A stretch of DNA of 64,000 nucleotides from Cyanophora paradoxa CCMP329 (lineage: Eukaryota > Plantae > Glaucophyta). Of this stretch, positions 1 to 13,300 are shown one piece after another. The position numbers and the translations under genes are program-made. Position 1 is the first letter of the stretch. Every line of letters begins with the position of its first letter. Location of the stretch: NCBI GenBank assembly GCA_004431415.1, contig QPMI01000247.1, positions 1-64,000 of the forward strand. The letters are read 5' to 3'. The notes under the pieces are model-generated. The model worked only from the letters and a program-made list of their open reading frames with translations, made no database searches and was not told where the DNA came from.

Positions 1-1253
1 CTGGTCGACGTAGCGGGCGGTGTCGTTGAACACGCGGAGCATCGGGACGAGGCCGTTGCTGGTGCCATTGGTGCCTGCGAGCGAGCCGCGTGAGCGAGGG
101 CGCAATGCTAGGGCCAAGGGCAAAGTTCAAGGCGTACCGTGGATGTAAGTACCCTGGGCGCGAATGCAGTGGACGGAGAGGCCGATGCCGCCGGCGGACT
201 TGGAGATGATAGCGCAGGACTTGAGGGTATCGTAGATGCCCTCAATGCTGTCGCCCTTCATGTTCACTGCGGTCCGGTCAAATTCAAACGCGAGATTTGA
301 TCTCGGCCGCCGAGGCGCGGCAGAGCGTGCGGGCGCACCGAGGAAGCAGGAAGACATCTGCGGGCGCGGGGTGCCCGCGTTGAAGATGGTCGGGGACGCG
401 TGGGTGAAGTACTTCTCGGACATGAGGTTGTAGGACTCGATCGCAGCCTCGATGTCAGCGCCGTGGATGCCGACAGCGACGCGCATGAGCATGTGCTGCG
501 GGCGCTCGACGACCTGCAAGCGCGTGCCTTAGCCTTGGGGGCGGGGGACCAGCGCGTGCCGCATGCGGACCTTGTTGTGCACGCGGCAGAGGTAGGAGCG
601 CTCAAGCGTCTTGAAGCCGAAGTAGTCGTAGTTGAAGTCGCGGTCGTAGATGATGGCAGAGTCGAGCTGCTCGGCGTTCTTCATGATCACCTCGTAAGTC
701 TCGTCGCCGATCAGCTTGCGGCGCTCGCCGGTCTTCGGATCCTTGTGGTCATAGAGAAGCTTCACTGCGCGAGCGCACGCGCGGGGAGGGCGAGGCGTCA
801 GGCCGGACTTGGAATTTGAATTTGGGGAGAGCGCCCGGCCGCGGCCGCAGCGAGAGCGGAGCGCACCAGTCTCAGAGAAAGACTTCTTGGTGTTCTTCTG
901 AAGGTTGGAGATGGCGATGCGGGCCGCCAGGATGCCCATGTCGGGGTGGGTCGCCGCCATGTACGCGGCGGTCTCGGCGGCGAGCTCATCGAGCTGGGAG
1001 GTGGTCACGCCGGGATAGACACCAGCAATGACCTGCGTAAAGGCACGCGCGAGCCCGGGAAGGCGTCAGATTTTTGAATTCGGCGCCGCGAAAGATCACT
1101 TCAGGCGAAGCGGCGAGGCGAGCGCACCTTCTGCGCGATCTTCGCGACGTCTACGAAGTCATTGTTGAGGCCATAAGACAGCCTGTTGATGCGGGCCGTG
1201 ATCTTGTCGAACTTCACGGACTCCTTCCGCCCGTCGCGCTTGAAGACGAACAT
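1..1253 (-). CDS. RRM1: Ribonucleoside-diphosphate reductase large subunit (class Ia), 5' part, spliced; continues past window start
   Basis: ATG at 1253. Exons give the ATP-cone [22 protein letters not shown], then [114 protein letters not shown]. First intron 1127-1033 (GT..AG). Confidence 0.98.
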
Positions 1254-1764
1254 CTCGCTGCAGCTGCTGTGCTGGGCGCGGGCTGCGCTTGAGCGGCTGC
1301 GGAGAGGTTGCTGAAGCTCGGGGACGGCGTGCGGGAGCCGGTCTGCTCCGCTCCTGGCAAAATTCAAATGACGGGGGGACCGTGCCTCGAGCCTTTTTGA
1401 ACGTGGTCGATTTGGGTACGTGCGCTTCGGGCCAACCCCGTTGCGAACTGGCCGCGCCGGTCCGCTTTCCGCGGCGCCGTAGCCGGGCGGCGCATCGTCC
1501 CCCGGGACAGCGGAGCAGTGAGCACATACGTGCACAGCTCGCCGCTCGCGCCGCCCGCCTTCCAGGCTCGCGGCGCGCTCGCGGTCCGGCAGCTCCGTGA
1601 GCTATAGCTAGCTCTACTCCAGGGCTGCCGCCAAACTCGCCGGGCGCGCAGAGGATTGCAGGGGAGCCGGTGAGTCCCGCTTTTGCGATTCGGGGTCGTC
1701 CGCTGACTGCCGCCGCGGAGGGACCAGACCTCTGCACGCGCTTCCGCACGGCGCCTTCCCCCGT

Positions 1765-1797
1765 TGATCATAACCCGCCGCGCTGATCATAACCCGC
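1765..1797. repeat. 14-bp direct repeat TGATCATAACCCGC x2 upstream of RRM1
   Basis: Exact copies at 1765-1778 and 1784-1797. Confidence 0.8.
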
Positions 1798-2237
1798 GAG
1801 CCTTGAGTGTCTGCTCGCCGCAGCGCCGCCGCGACGCCGCTCAGCGGCAGCAGGTTTCTGCGTAACTCGCGCGCGTCGCCGGCCGGGCGCCGCCGGCGCT
1901 ATCTCCGTCATCAGTACGGCTGCAGCTGCGGGGCGGCGGCGCCGAAGGAGGCGGGAGGGCAGGAGGCGGGCGCTGCCGCAGTGCTGAGGCGGACTGGCGC
2001 GCGTGGCTGCCGCCCTTTCCCACCCGGCATTGTCCCTCGCCAGCGCTCGGCCGCGGGCTCGCCGACTTCGCCTCCACTCCGTTCCCGGCCCGCGCGGCCC
2101 CCGGTTCCCAGCCCCGCGGCCGCGCCCCCGGCTCTTTTGAGCTGCTCTGAGATTTACTGTACAGTACACCCATCGCATCAAGCAAGAGCCGGCCTTGAGC
2201 CGGCCGCAGGCTGACTCGGGGCCCGCCGGAGCGCCAG

Positions 2238-5200
2238 CTAGAGCTCGGGGGCGGCCCCGCCAAAGTCCAGGGACTGCGCCCGCGGCGAGTCCGGCGGCGC
2301 GGCGTACCCCCGCCGCCCCTCCGCCTCCCGCCGGGCCCCGCCTGCGGCCGCGGGCGGGGCGGTCAGCGGACAGGGAGCGAAACGAAAGGGAAGGCGTGGC
2401 GCACCGGCTCCTGCGGGGATGCTTGAGATCGGGGGCGAGCGGCGCCCCGCGGCCGGCGCCGGGGCGACGGGCGCCGGCGCGTACTCGCCGCCGCCGGCCG
2501 CGGGCTCGGGCCGCTGGATGCGGCGCGCGGCGGCCAGGAAGAAGGCTACGGAGAGGAAGCAGGCGGTCAGGGCGGCCGCCGGGCCCAGCCGGAACTCGGC
2601 CCCCGCCCCGCCGTTCGCCTCCGCCTCCTCCTCCTCGCCCAGCTCCGCGCGGCTGAGCTTGGCCCCGGTCCGCGCCTCCTGCCTGAGGGGGTGCCCTAGG
2701 TCCGCCCGCCGCAGAACGCCGAACGCCGCCGCGTAGTACTCCCGCGCCCGGCCGGGGCGCCCCAGGGCCGCGGCGGCCCGGGCCGCGCCCACCTGCGGGG
2801 GTGCGAGACTGAGAAGAAGAAGGGGGCGCGCATTCGAAGCGACTGGGCGCACCAGCGAGTTGGGCCGGTCGGGGAGGGTACGCAGCGCGCGCGAGAACGC
2901 ATCCAGCGCCTCCCTGTACCGCCCTGCGATACCCTTTCAGAGGGGGAAGGGGAGCGGAGGACGGGGGGTACGCCGCGCACGTCCCTCGAGGAGGGCGGCT
3001 CCGAGGAGCTCGTTGCTGGGGGCGAGCGGGACTCGCGGGGGCTCGCAGGGCACGTACCCCGCCGCCGCCTCCTCCGCGGCCGCCCGCCTCAGCAGCTCCT
3101 GCTCGGGATCAGGGAGGGGTAGGGAGGGGGAGGGGGGTACGAGGCGCGCCGTGCGGCGGGCGAGGTCCTCCCCGCGGGCGGCGGCGAGAACCTGGGGCGG
3201 CTCAGCTCGGATCGGATCGGATCAGGTAGAATCTGAGCGGGCCTGGAGCCTGGTGGCCTCGAGGGCGCGGGCGAGCGGCGCGTGGGCCCGCCGCACGGCG
3301 CCGGCGAGGGCGGCGAGGCGGGCGGCCGCCGCCTCGACCGAGTCAACGGGCCCGCACGCCGGCGGCGCCGCATCCTGCATCGCGTTAAGGAAGCCAGAGA
3401 GCAGAGAAAAGGGAGGAGGCGGCCGCGGGCGGCGGCGCACGGCGCCCGGCTCGAGGCTCAGGAGGGCGCACGCCTGCGCGACGGCCCCCGCCGCCTCCTG
3501 CGACCAGACGCAGTTCCCGACCTGCCGCGGGGCGGGGTCAGGGGCCTTGGGGGGCGGACGGGTACGCGAACGAACGAACGCACCAGGCGGGCGCCGCAGC
3601 CGGCCCCGACCTCCTCTGCGCCCAGTGAGGCCTCTCCTTCTCGAGCTTCCTCCTCCTAACTTCCCAGAGCGCACCGAGGAGGGAGGCGGGGACGGCGTGG
3701 AGGGGCGGGGGCCAGGCGGGGGCCGGGAGGTCCGCCCGTCGCACGCCCAGCGCCCCCAGCGAGAAAGCCTCGGCCACCTGGGGAAGAGGAGCGCGGGAGA
3801 TAAGCTCGGGCTCCTAGCTAAGCGTGGAGGAGCCACGCGGAGCAGGAGGAGGAGGAGGAGCGGCGGCTCGCAGCTAAGCGTCCTGCGGGGCGGGCGGGGG
3901 CGGGGGCGGGGGCGGGCCTCGCGGGCAGAGACGACGGCGAGGCGAAATTTCACGAAGAGGTCCATCCCCCCCGGGTCCTGCCCGGCGCCCCCGGCGTCAC
4001 CTCGCGCCCCGCGAGGCTCAGCCAAGGGAAGGCGAGGCTCAGTCGTACCCCGGCGCGGCCGATGGCGGCGCGCCGCTGGGCGGCGGCCCGCACCCAGCGG
4101 CCCCGGGCCACCTCCGCGTAGTGCAGGAACTCTGTACCCCGGCAGACGGGGAAAGCGGGGGTCAGAAGGCGGACGGGGGAAGTGGGGGCTTCGAGGAGTC
4201 GAACCCGAGGAGTGGCCGGCGTTGGCGGCGACGAGGGGCGCGTAGCAGCCGAGGGCGCCGCCCTCGGCCGCCGCCAGAGACTCCAGGTTCTGCTCCGTCG
4301 CCGCGTGGATGCGGTCCGCCGTCCGCAGCGACCCGTGGCTCTGCGGCGGCGGTGAGGCGAAGGCGGAGGAGGAAAGGTGAGAAGGGTAGGCGAGCCGCTC
4401 GCCTCCATGTGGAGCGCATGGACGGAGTCGGGCGCCGCCCTAGAGAGTAGTTCGAAGGAGCGCCGTGGGCGTTAGACAAGACGCGAGATGGGAGGGCGTG
4501 GGCATGCGCAGGGCGCGCGCACCGGGCGAGGCGGCGGGCGCGGCGGACGAGCTCGCCCGGGGCGAGGCGGGCGTGCCCCATGTAGTCGTGCATGCACAGG
4601 TGCAGCGCCCTGCGCACGCCCGCCCGCCGCGGCCGCTCGGGGCCCGGGGGGAGGGGCGCGGGGGGGTACCGGCGCGTGCGTACGCGGCGTTGGCGCCGTT
4701 GGAGGCCGCGAGGGCCTCCTCGGTGATGCGGGCGACCCGCCCGGCGACCTCCCCCGCGTAGTCGTAGCCGACGTACCTGCGCGGGTCGCGTGAAGGCTGA
4801 AGGGGGAGCTTAGTTCAAGCTAACTCCAGCTCAAGCGCACTCGGAGCGGGCGTTGCCAAGAAGGACGAAGCCGAGCTGCACGGAGAGCTCGAGCGGGGCG
4901 CCCGCGCCGACCAGCTCCGCCAGCGCCGCCCCGTACCTGCCGGATCAAATTTAAAGGGCCGAGGCGCGGGGCGGGGGGCGGGGCCGGACCCCTGGGGATC
5001 GGGCTCTTGGCCGGGCGGGAAGAGCCGCCGCGCCGCGGAGATGAGTCCGGCGTCGAGGCGGCCGGCGGTCGGCCGCGCCCCCACCATCTCGTCGTACGCG
5101 CGAAGGTGCTCGTCGGCACCTTGGCCGCCGGATTGCCAGATCGCCTGGAAGGCTGCGGACGAGCGGTGAGCGCCCGCTTGGAGCGCCGCGCGCTCGTTCG

Positions 5201-5629
5201 CGGTCGCTGGGAGCGGGCGCGGGCGCGCTGGAGACTGCTGCGCCAAAGAAGGCCGCGGCGCAAGTCGCGGGATCGCCGTGCGTGTAGGCCCACACTGACC
5301 AGGAGAGAGCGTTAACGGGACGCCGGCCAGGCGCAAACGCTCCCGCACCGAACGCCTGCTCCGCGACTCCGAACTGACCGGGAGAGAGCGTTAACGGGAC
5401 CGCCGGTGATGCGCAAACGCTCTCGCACCTCGAAGACGCCGAGCGCTGCCATCGCAAAGGTAAACTCCGGCTCCCGCCCGGCGCACGGTGCGGCGGCGAA
5501 GTCCCACAGGACGCCGCGCTGCCCGAAGTCCAAGTCGATCGGCGGCCTTGACGAGCAGCTTGGGCGGGCCGCGGCCGCGCCGAGCAGCAGCAGCATCGCG
5601 AGCAGCGCCCGCAGCTGGAGCGGGCACAT
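2238..5629 (-). CDS. Signal-peptide, C-terminally membrane-anchored TPR-like protein resembling the bacterial/fungal HALHMPSH-motif family (spliced)
   Basis: Signal peptide MCPLQLRALLAMLLLLGAAAA. Spliced ALGVFEFGVAEQAFVWAYTHGDPATCAAAFFGAAVS; ALHLCMHDY; APDSVHALHME; PLAPSNELLG; GRYREALDAFSRALRTLPDRPNSLVGAARAAAALGRPGRAREYY; hydrophobic AAALTACFLSVAFFLAAA near the C-terminus. Internal exon limits and 3' end approximate. Confidence 0.7.
5295..5428 (-). repeat. Two near-identical adjacent introns (5374-5428 and 5295-5348) flanking a unique 25-nt exon
   Basis: Minus strand gtgcgagagcgtttgcgcatcaccggcggtcccgttaacgctctctcccggtcag versus gtgcgggagcgtttgcgcctggccggcgtcccgttaacgctctctcctggtcag. Removing both restores the reading frame. 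Confidence 0.85.
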
Positions 5630-5679
5630 CGTGCCTCGCGTACCCAGGAGAGTACCTGTTCCGCTACCCCCCAACAAGA

Positions 5680-7499
5680 ATGGCCGAGAGTAAGATGGCA
5701 TCCGAGAAGCGCTCGCGCCCCGGCTCGGGCCGGAAGACCGTTGACCTCGGCGGCGAGAATCTGCGTGGGTGCGTCGGCCCCGCGGCGCGGCCAGAGCCGA
5801 CTTGGCCTCTGACTCCGCGGCAGCCTTCTGTTCACCTTCCGAGCTTCCGACAAGGTCCGCGTGCCGCCTTTGGCGCACGTACACGCTCGCCGCCGTTCCC
5901 GGGCGCGCCGCGGCGCCATGCAATGCGGAAATATGCCCGTGCACGTTCGCTTTCCGACCGCGGCCAACGCGTAGACCGAGGCAGGGCGTGCGGATGCTCT
6001 GGATCTTCTCTCCGCCGTGGTGCGCCGTTTTACGCAAGCGCGGGGCCTCGGCCTTTTCTCCTTGAGTGGCGCCGCTCTCCGAGCTCACCGACGCTCGCAG
6101 ATCAAGAACAAGGAGGAGACAAGCGGTGCGTGTATTCGCATGCTCACGCCGCGCCGCGCCTCGCCCGTTCTGTTCTCGTGTGCGCTAGCGCGCGCATGGG
6201 TCGCGTGCTGGCGTCGCGATCTGAGCTTCACTTAGCTTACACGGAGCTCCACTGGCCCCACGATGGCTCCACCTTCGTCGAGACGCCGGGCCTCGGTTCG
6301 CCGCGCTGCGCCGTGGCGCCGGACAATTCTTGACGGCCACGCAGACCCCGTGCAACTGGCGAAGGACATTCTGAAGTACGAAAGCACGATCGGGCGCGAC
6401 GAGCAGATCGCTCTCGTGCAGCGCGTCATCCCGATTCTGTCTTCTTGCAAGACAGATCTGGAGAGCCTCAAGGTGCCTCGCCCTGGCGAGCCCTCGGCCG
6501 CTGTCGCTAACCTCGAGCACCCGCAGACTGTCGCGACGAAGCTCAGCGGCGAGTACTTCAAGAAGGACGAGGTCATGCCGAAGCGCACGGTGCGCTCGAG
6601 CACCTAACGATCGATCGGGATCCTCATCTGAACGCGCCGCTGCCCGCAGTTCTCGGTCGTCTTCGACAGACACGGCCACAACGTGCCCCTGCACGACCAG
6701 GAGGTCCGCGCGCTTTTCAGATGTCCACGCCGGCGCCGGATCAATTCTCCGGATCTGCCCGCAGGTGAAGACGGAGGTCGGGAACGCCATTTCGCCGGAC
6801 TGGACGGCCGACCTGACGAACCCCGTGCGCTCCATCATCGTCGAATCCTTCTCGGTGCGCTGAGCGATCGACGCCGCCGCCGCGCGCCGCCGCCTCGGCC
6901 GCCGATTGCAGCGCGGCTGACTCGGACGAACGGTCGTCCAGGACGTGTCGCTGGTGGGCGTCGTGGACGAGTGAGCGCGCCTGCGCGGCCGCGGCCGTCG
7001 ACGTCGCGCCTGACTGCGCCCAGCTACCCCTCGCTGATGCACTTCAACCTGCGCAAGGCGAAGGAGGTGCGTGCGCTGCTGCGCGCCCGCACCGGGGCCT
7101 GTCGCGCGCTCACACCGAAGAACAGAGCGGCCTCGAGGCGCAGGCGCCGGTGGAGGCCGAGAAGAAGGCAGGCAGCGCCGCTCCGCCTCCGCCCTCCATA
7201 GCGCCGCCGCCGCGCCTGACGGCCGCGGGCGCCGCAGGAGGCGGAGACGACGCCGATGGACGCGACGAAGGAGGCCGTGCCGGAGACGACGACGGCTCTG
7301 GAGAAGGAGGTGGAGAAGGAGAAGGAGACCGTCCCCGAGTCCACGTCGGCCCGCAAGGTGCGCCGCGCAGCGCCGCCCGCGGAGCCGGTTCGATACCGGC
7401 GCCGCGGCCCGCGCCTGATCATGAGGCGCGGGGCCCCGCGCGCAGGAGAAGGAGACGCCGGTGGTGGAGGGTGCCAAGACGGAGGGCGTCGAGGCCTAG
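5680..7499 (+). CDS. THUMPD1: THUMP domain-containing protein 1 / Tan1-like tRNA modification adaptor (spliced)
   Basis: DPVQLAKDIL...LVQRVIPILSSCKTDLESLK, then RTFSVVFDRHGHNVPLHDQEVKTEVGNAISPDWTADLTNPVRSIIVESFSDVSLVGVVDDYPSLMHFNLRK, which fits the THUMPD1 pattern (vdL.nP...I.vE...gvv.dy..l.kyNl). Acidic/Lys tail ends in TAG at 7499. Confidence 0.75.
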
Positions 7500-8548
7500 G
7501 TCGCCCGGCCCGGGGCCAATGGCTCGGCCGCCGGCGCCGCCGGCGGCAGCTCGCGGCCCCGGATCCGAGCTCGAGGCTAGGCTCGCCGCGCACACCCCCG
7601 CCCCTCCTCGGGCTGTAAATACTGTCAAAGCGAGCTCTCTCAGCCTTGTCGGGATTGAATCTATATCTCCGGCTTGCTGCCGCCCGAGCTCTATAGCTAG
7701 ATTAATATTGATGCATGTGGGCTTCACCCCAGTTCTCCGAGGGTTTTCCGAGGGTTCTCAGAGCCTCGGAGCTGGGGGGGAGCTAGGCCCGATCGCGAGG
7801 GCACCGTGCACGCCGCCATGGCCGCCGGGCCACTGGGCCATGCATGCGCAGGCCCTGACTCAGTGAGGCCGCCGCCGCCGTCACGTGCACCAACGCCGTG
7901 ACGCGCGCGGGGCCTACTAGGCTAATTCCCGAGTCCGTCAGCTTTCCGTGGCGATGCTCATGATCCGGCGGAGGCTTCAAGCCCACTGCCAAGTGCAAAG
8001 CCCTGAGCCTCGGAGGCTCAGATCATGAACGTTAACGTTACTAGCTATAGTTACCCATTGAACTGCAGCCTCATGATCAGATCTAGAGTAACCTGGCCCC
8101 GGGCCGCGGATTAAGCTGCAGTCAAGTATTAAGCTACCGTCTTGCATGCTCAGCTGCAGCTCTCGACGGACTTAGCTTTAGCGCCACAGCCAGCGCTTGC
8201 GCCCGCTCTACGGACCGCCTCCTCGAGAGATCTAGCCTATTTGGCTAGCAAGTGCGCTGCGCCGCGCCGATCTAGGTCGACGTCGGCATTTAGATCTAGA
8301 GGCCGTGACGGGAAAGACCAAAGAGGCCCGGGCCTCCGATGTGGGCGCTGGCTGGGCGCTGGGACCGGGGGTGCGCGGTGCGCCATCGGCGGCCGCGGTT
8401 CAGAGGGCACGGGAAGGGAGCACAGGGCCGGCGGGGGGCTGGGTAGAAGGACCGGGTGGGAGATTAGGCCGCGCCGCTGCGCACCGCAATCGAGTCAGAC
8501 GGGGCGGCGAGAGGACGACGGGCCGGTGCGGCGGGGGGGCTCAGCGGC

Positions 8549-8939
8549 TCACGCTGGGGGCAGGACTTGGTCGGCGCGGAAGGGGCGGAACCAGTCGCGC
8601 GGGTGGAGGTGCCCGGAGCCGCCCCCGGCGAGCCCGGGCTGCTCGTAGAGCAGGAGGACGTCCTCGTCCTCGAACAGCAGCTCGCCCAGGAGGCCCAGGT
8701 CGTCGCATCCGCTGCGGAAAATTATCGTGAGGTCGGGAAGAGTGCGGTGGCGAGGCCGGGAGTGCGAGCGGACCTGCGGGGGAGGGCCTCGTAGGCGCCC
8801 TCGGAGTGCAGGATCGAGTCCGAGTCGAAGCTGTTGATGACGTTGTGGAGGACCATCTCCTCCCCCCTGCGCGCGCCGGGCGGCCGCGGTAAGGCGAGGC
8901 TGCGGGGCTCGGAGGGGCTGGAGCTGGGGCTAGGGCTGG

Positions 8940-8989
<50 letters not shown>

Positions 8990-10270
8990 CGGGCGGGGCG
9001 CGTACGTGCAGGTGGCCTGGGCGCGCGCCCGCACTCCAGCTCGCGGAGGAGGCGGCGGAGGGCGTCGACGTAGGCGCGGGCCCAGGAGGCCTTCCGTGCG
9101 AACGGCAGCGCCACCTCGGGCAGGTCGGCCGCCAACTCGAACTCGTACCCCCCCTCGGGCCCCTCCAGCGCCTCCGTGAGCATGTCCTCCAGCACGGTCC
9201 CGTGCCAGTGGAGCCGGAAGGCCAGCCGCGGGGACAGGCCCTCCTCGCCCGCCGCGGCCCAGCGGGTCGCGCGGCCGTCGCCCGCCGGGCGCGGCGGGCG
9301 CGGCCCCGGGTAGTGCGAGGCGTAGTTTTGCGAGCCCCGACCCGCCGCCGCCGCCGCTGCTGCTGCTGGTGCTGCTGCTCCCGCGTGCTGCCCTTGCGGC
9401 GCTGCAGCCGCCGGGAGGACTTGGTCGGCGCGGAAGGGGCGGAACCAGTCGCGGGGGTGGAGGTGCCCGGGGCCGCCCCCGGCGAGCCCGGGCTGCTCGT
9501 AGAGCAGGAGGACGTCCTCGTCCTCGAACAGCAGGTCGCCCAGGAGCCCGAGATCGTCGCAGCGGCTGCGCGGCGGCGTCAGACGGCGACGACGGATCGG
9601 CGGCGCGCGCGCGCCTCTCCGGGAGCTCCTCGTACGCCGGGTCCTGCTCGGCGCCGCCGCCCTCGGCCTCGCGGATGATGCAATGCAGCGCCATCTCCTC
9701 CGCCCTGCGCGACCCCGCGCGTTACTCGCGTCGACGTCGCAGGCTCGAAGCGCCAGCGGACGAGCTCGAGCGTACGTACGTGCAGGTTGGCCTGGGGACG
9801 CGGCCGCACTCCAGCTCCCTGAGCAGACGGCGGAACGCATCGATGTACGCGCTCGCCCAGGCCTCGTTCGTCGTCCAGGGGCGCGCGACCTCCGGAAGGC
9901 CGGCCGTTTCCGTGAAGCTGTACATGTCTGGATTGTCGGCGTCGACCTCGTACCGAAGCGCGGCCTGTAGCGTGTCCTCCATCATCGAGCCATGCCAGTG
10001 CAGGGAGAACGCCATCCGAGGACCGAGGAACAACTCGGCGCCCTCGTCCTCGAGTTCGTCCTCCTCGCTTTCATCGCTGTCCTCGCCGCGGCGGCGGTCG
10101 CCGCCGTCGGGGACTGGAAACAGGCTGTCCCACGGAATGGTATCCGTCTCGACCGGCCGGGGCGGCCGCGAGCCGGGATAGTGCGCCGTGAAGTCCTCGT
10201 CCTGCGCGGCCGCCGGCGCCGGCGCTGGCGACGCCGTTCCATTTCGTCTTCTACGCTGGCCGCGACTCAT
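8549..10270 (-). CDS. Uncharacterised protein with two tandem ~200-aa domains (PTCTAEEMALH...[12 protein letters not shown]...WFRPF), resembling an actinobacterial uncharacterised family
   Basis: ATG at 10270. Both halves contain [47 protein letters not shown](A/G)EEM.LH and [45 protein letters not shown]. Both halves have an intron at the same codon. Confidence 0.75.
8562..9562. repeat. Internal coding duplication: ~8562-8712 nearly identical to ~9415-9562
   Basis: Shared string ggacttggtcggcgcggaaggggcggaaccagtcgcg...gagcccgggctgctcgtagagcaggaggacgtcctcgtcctcgaacagcag. Confidence 0.9.
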
Positions 10271-10380
10271 CTCCGGATCCGCTCTCTAGGAGCCGGGCAG
10301 TTTTTTCACCGCCTGTACCCGACTCGATTCGCCCGTACCCGGGGAAGGAGCTCGTCCAGCGCGCCGAGCGATCAGGGAGG

Positions 10381-12417
<2,037 letters not shown>

Positions 12418-12579
12418 GCCCCCGCCCGCGCGTGCTGCTCGTGCGGCGCTGTACACGTAATTCGGACACGAGCGCAACTGCTGCGAGTGTGCGCGCGGGT
12501 CGCGATCGGGTGGGCGGGCGGAAGGGGGGGAAGAGAACGGGGGGGGGGGGAGGGGGAGGGACCGGGGTGCAGAGCACAC

Positions 12580-12613
12580 CCGCTCATCCGCTCATCCGCT
12601 CATCCGCTCATCC
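12580..12613. repeat. Tandem 8-mer (CCGCTCAT)x4
   Basis: Seen directly between PSMC1 and the next ATG at 12662. Confidence 0.85.
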
Positions 12614-12661
12614 GCGCGATCCTTCTGCTGCGTCCTCTCAGCACTCAATTGCAAAGAATCA

Positions 12662-13300
12662 ATGTCGGACCGCTTCGGAATCGGTGACAGGGCGCGCTGC
12701 GGCACCCGCACCGATCGTCGGACTCCGCTCCCGTGACCGGCGCGCTTCGCAGGTCGAGTACCTGCCGTCCCACGAGATTTCCGGGCGGCCCCCGCGCGCC
12801 AAGGTGAGCGCCCAGCGCTCGGACATCTCCGTCGAGCGCGGCTCGGCGTTCGAGCGCTGGCTCGCGCGCTCCCGCCTCGCAGGGCATCGTTCGCGGCGTT
12901 GTTGAGCATGAAGATCAGCTGCCGCCGGGTCCGCACAGTGCGTGTGCAACCGCTCGGCCGGCCGCAAACCTCGCCGTGCAGACGTCTCCCGGAGCCGCGG
13001 CGTCGGTGGATTCGCTCACCAGAAGCACATTGAAGGCGAGCTTCCCATCTACGTGCGTCCTGGTGGTCGCTTCTTGGAGCCGAAACGCTCATTTTCGTGC
13101 AGGTCATTGAGAACGAGAGCACGCACAAGACAACGGTGCGCTGCCCACGCGACGGCGGCCGTCAAGTACAACATGACGCGTGCGTAACATCGCCACGCTT
13201 CCCGCAGGCCTTCGAGTCGTATCGGGTCGTGCGAAAGCTGGGCGCGCTTCCCGCGCGCCGCGCGTCGTCCGGCGGCTCGGCGGCCCAATCGTCGGCGTGA
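12662..13300 (+). CDS. Small Hva1-like TUDOR-domain (DUF2945-type) protein, spliced
   Basis: Spliced MSDRFGIGDRVEYLPSHEISGRPPRAKGIVRGVVEHEDQ...HIEGELPIYVIENESTHKTTAFESYRVVRKL resembles the fungal pattern y.vG..VeY.P...G.i..v...P.Y.I.N..T.K.ta. 3' end uncertain. Confidence 0.65.

Noticed and set aside
2860-4245. 461-aa plus-strand ORF
   Set aside because: Antisense to the TPR gene; composition typical of stop-poor GC-rich DNA.
5295-5428. Possible mini-CRISPR (repeat-spacer-repeat)
   Set aside because: Only two imperfect 54-55 nt units bounded by GT..AG, in a eukaryotic gene with no cas genes; better explained as introns.
6912-6941. Apparent in-frame TGA in THUMPD1 (selenocysteine or readthrough)
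   Set aside because: The TGA is part of the CTGAC branch site; the downstream acceptor ccag|GAC GTG gives an open frame.
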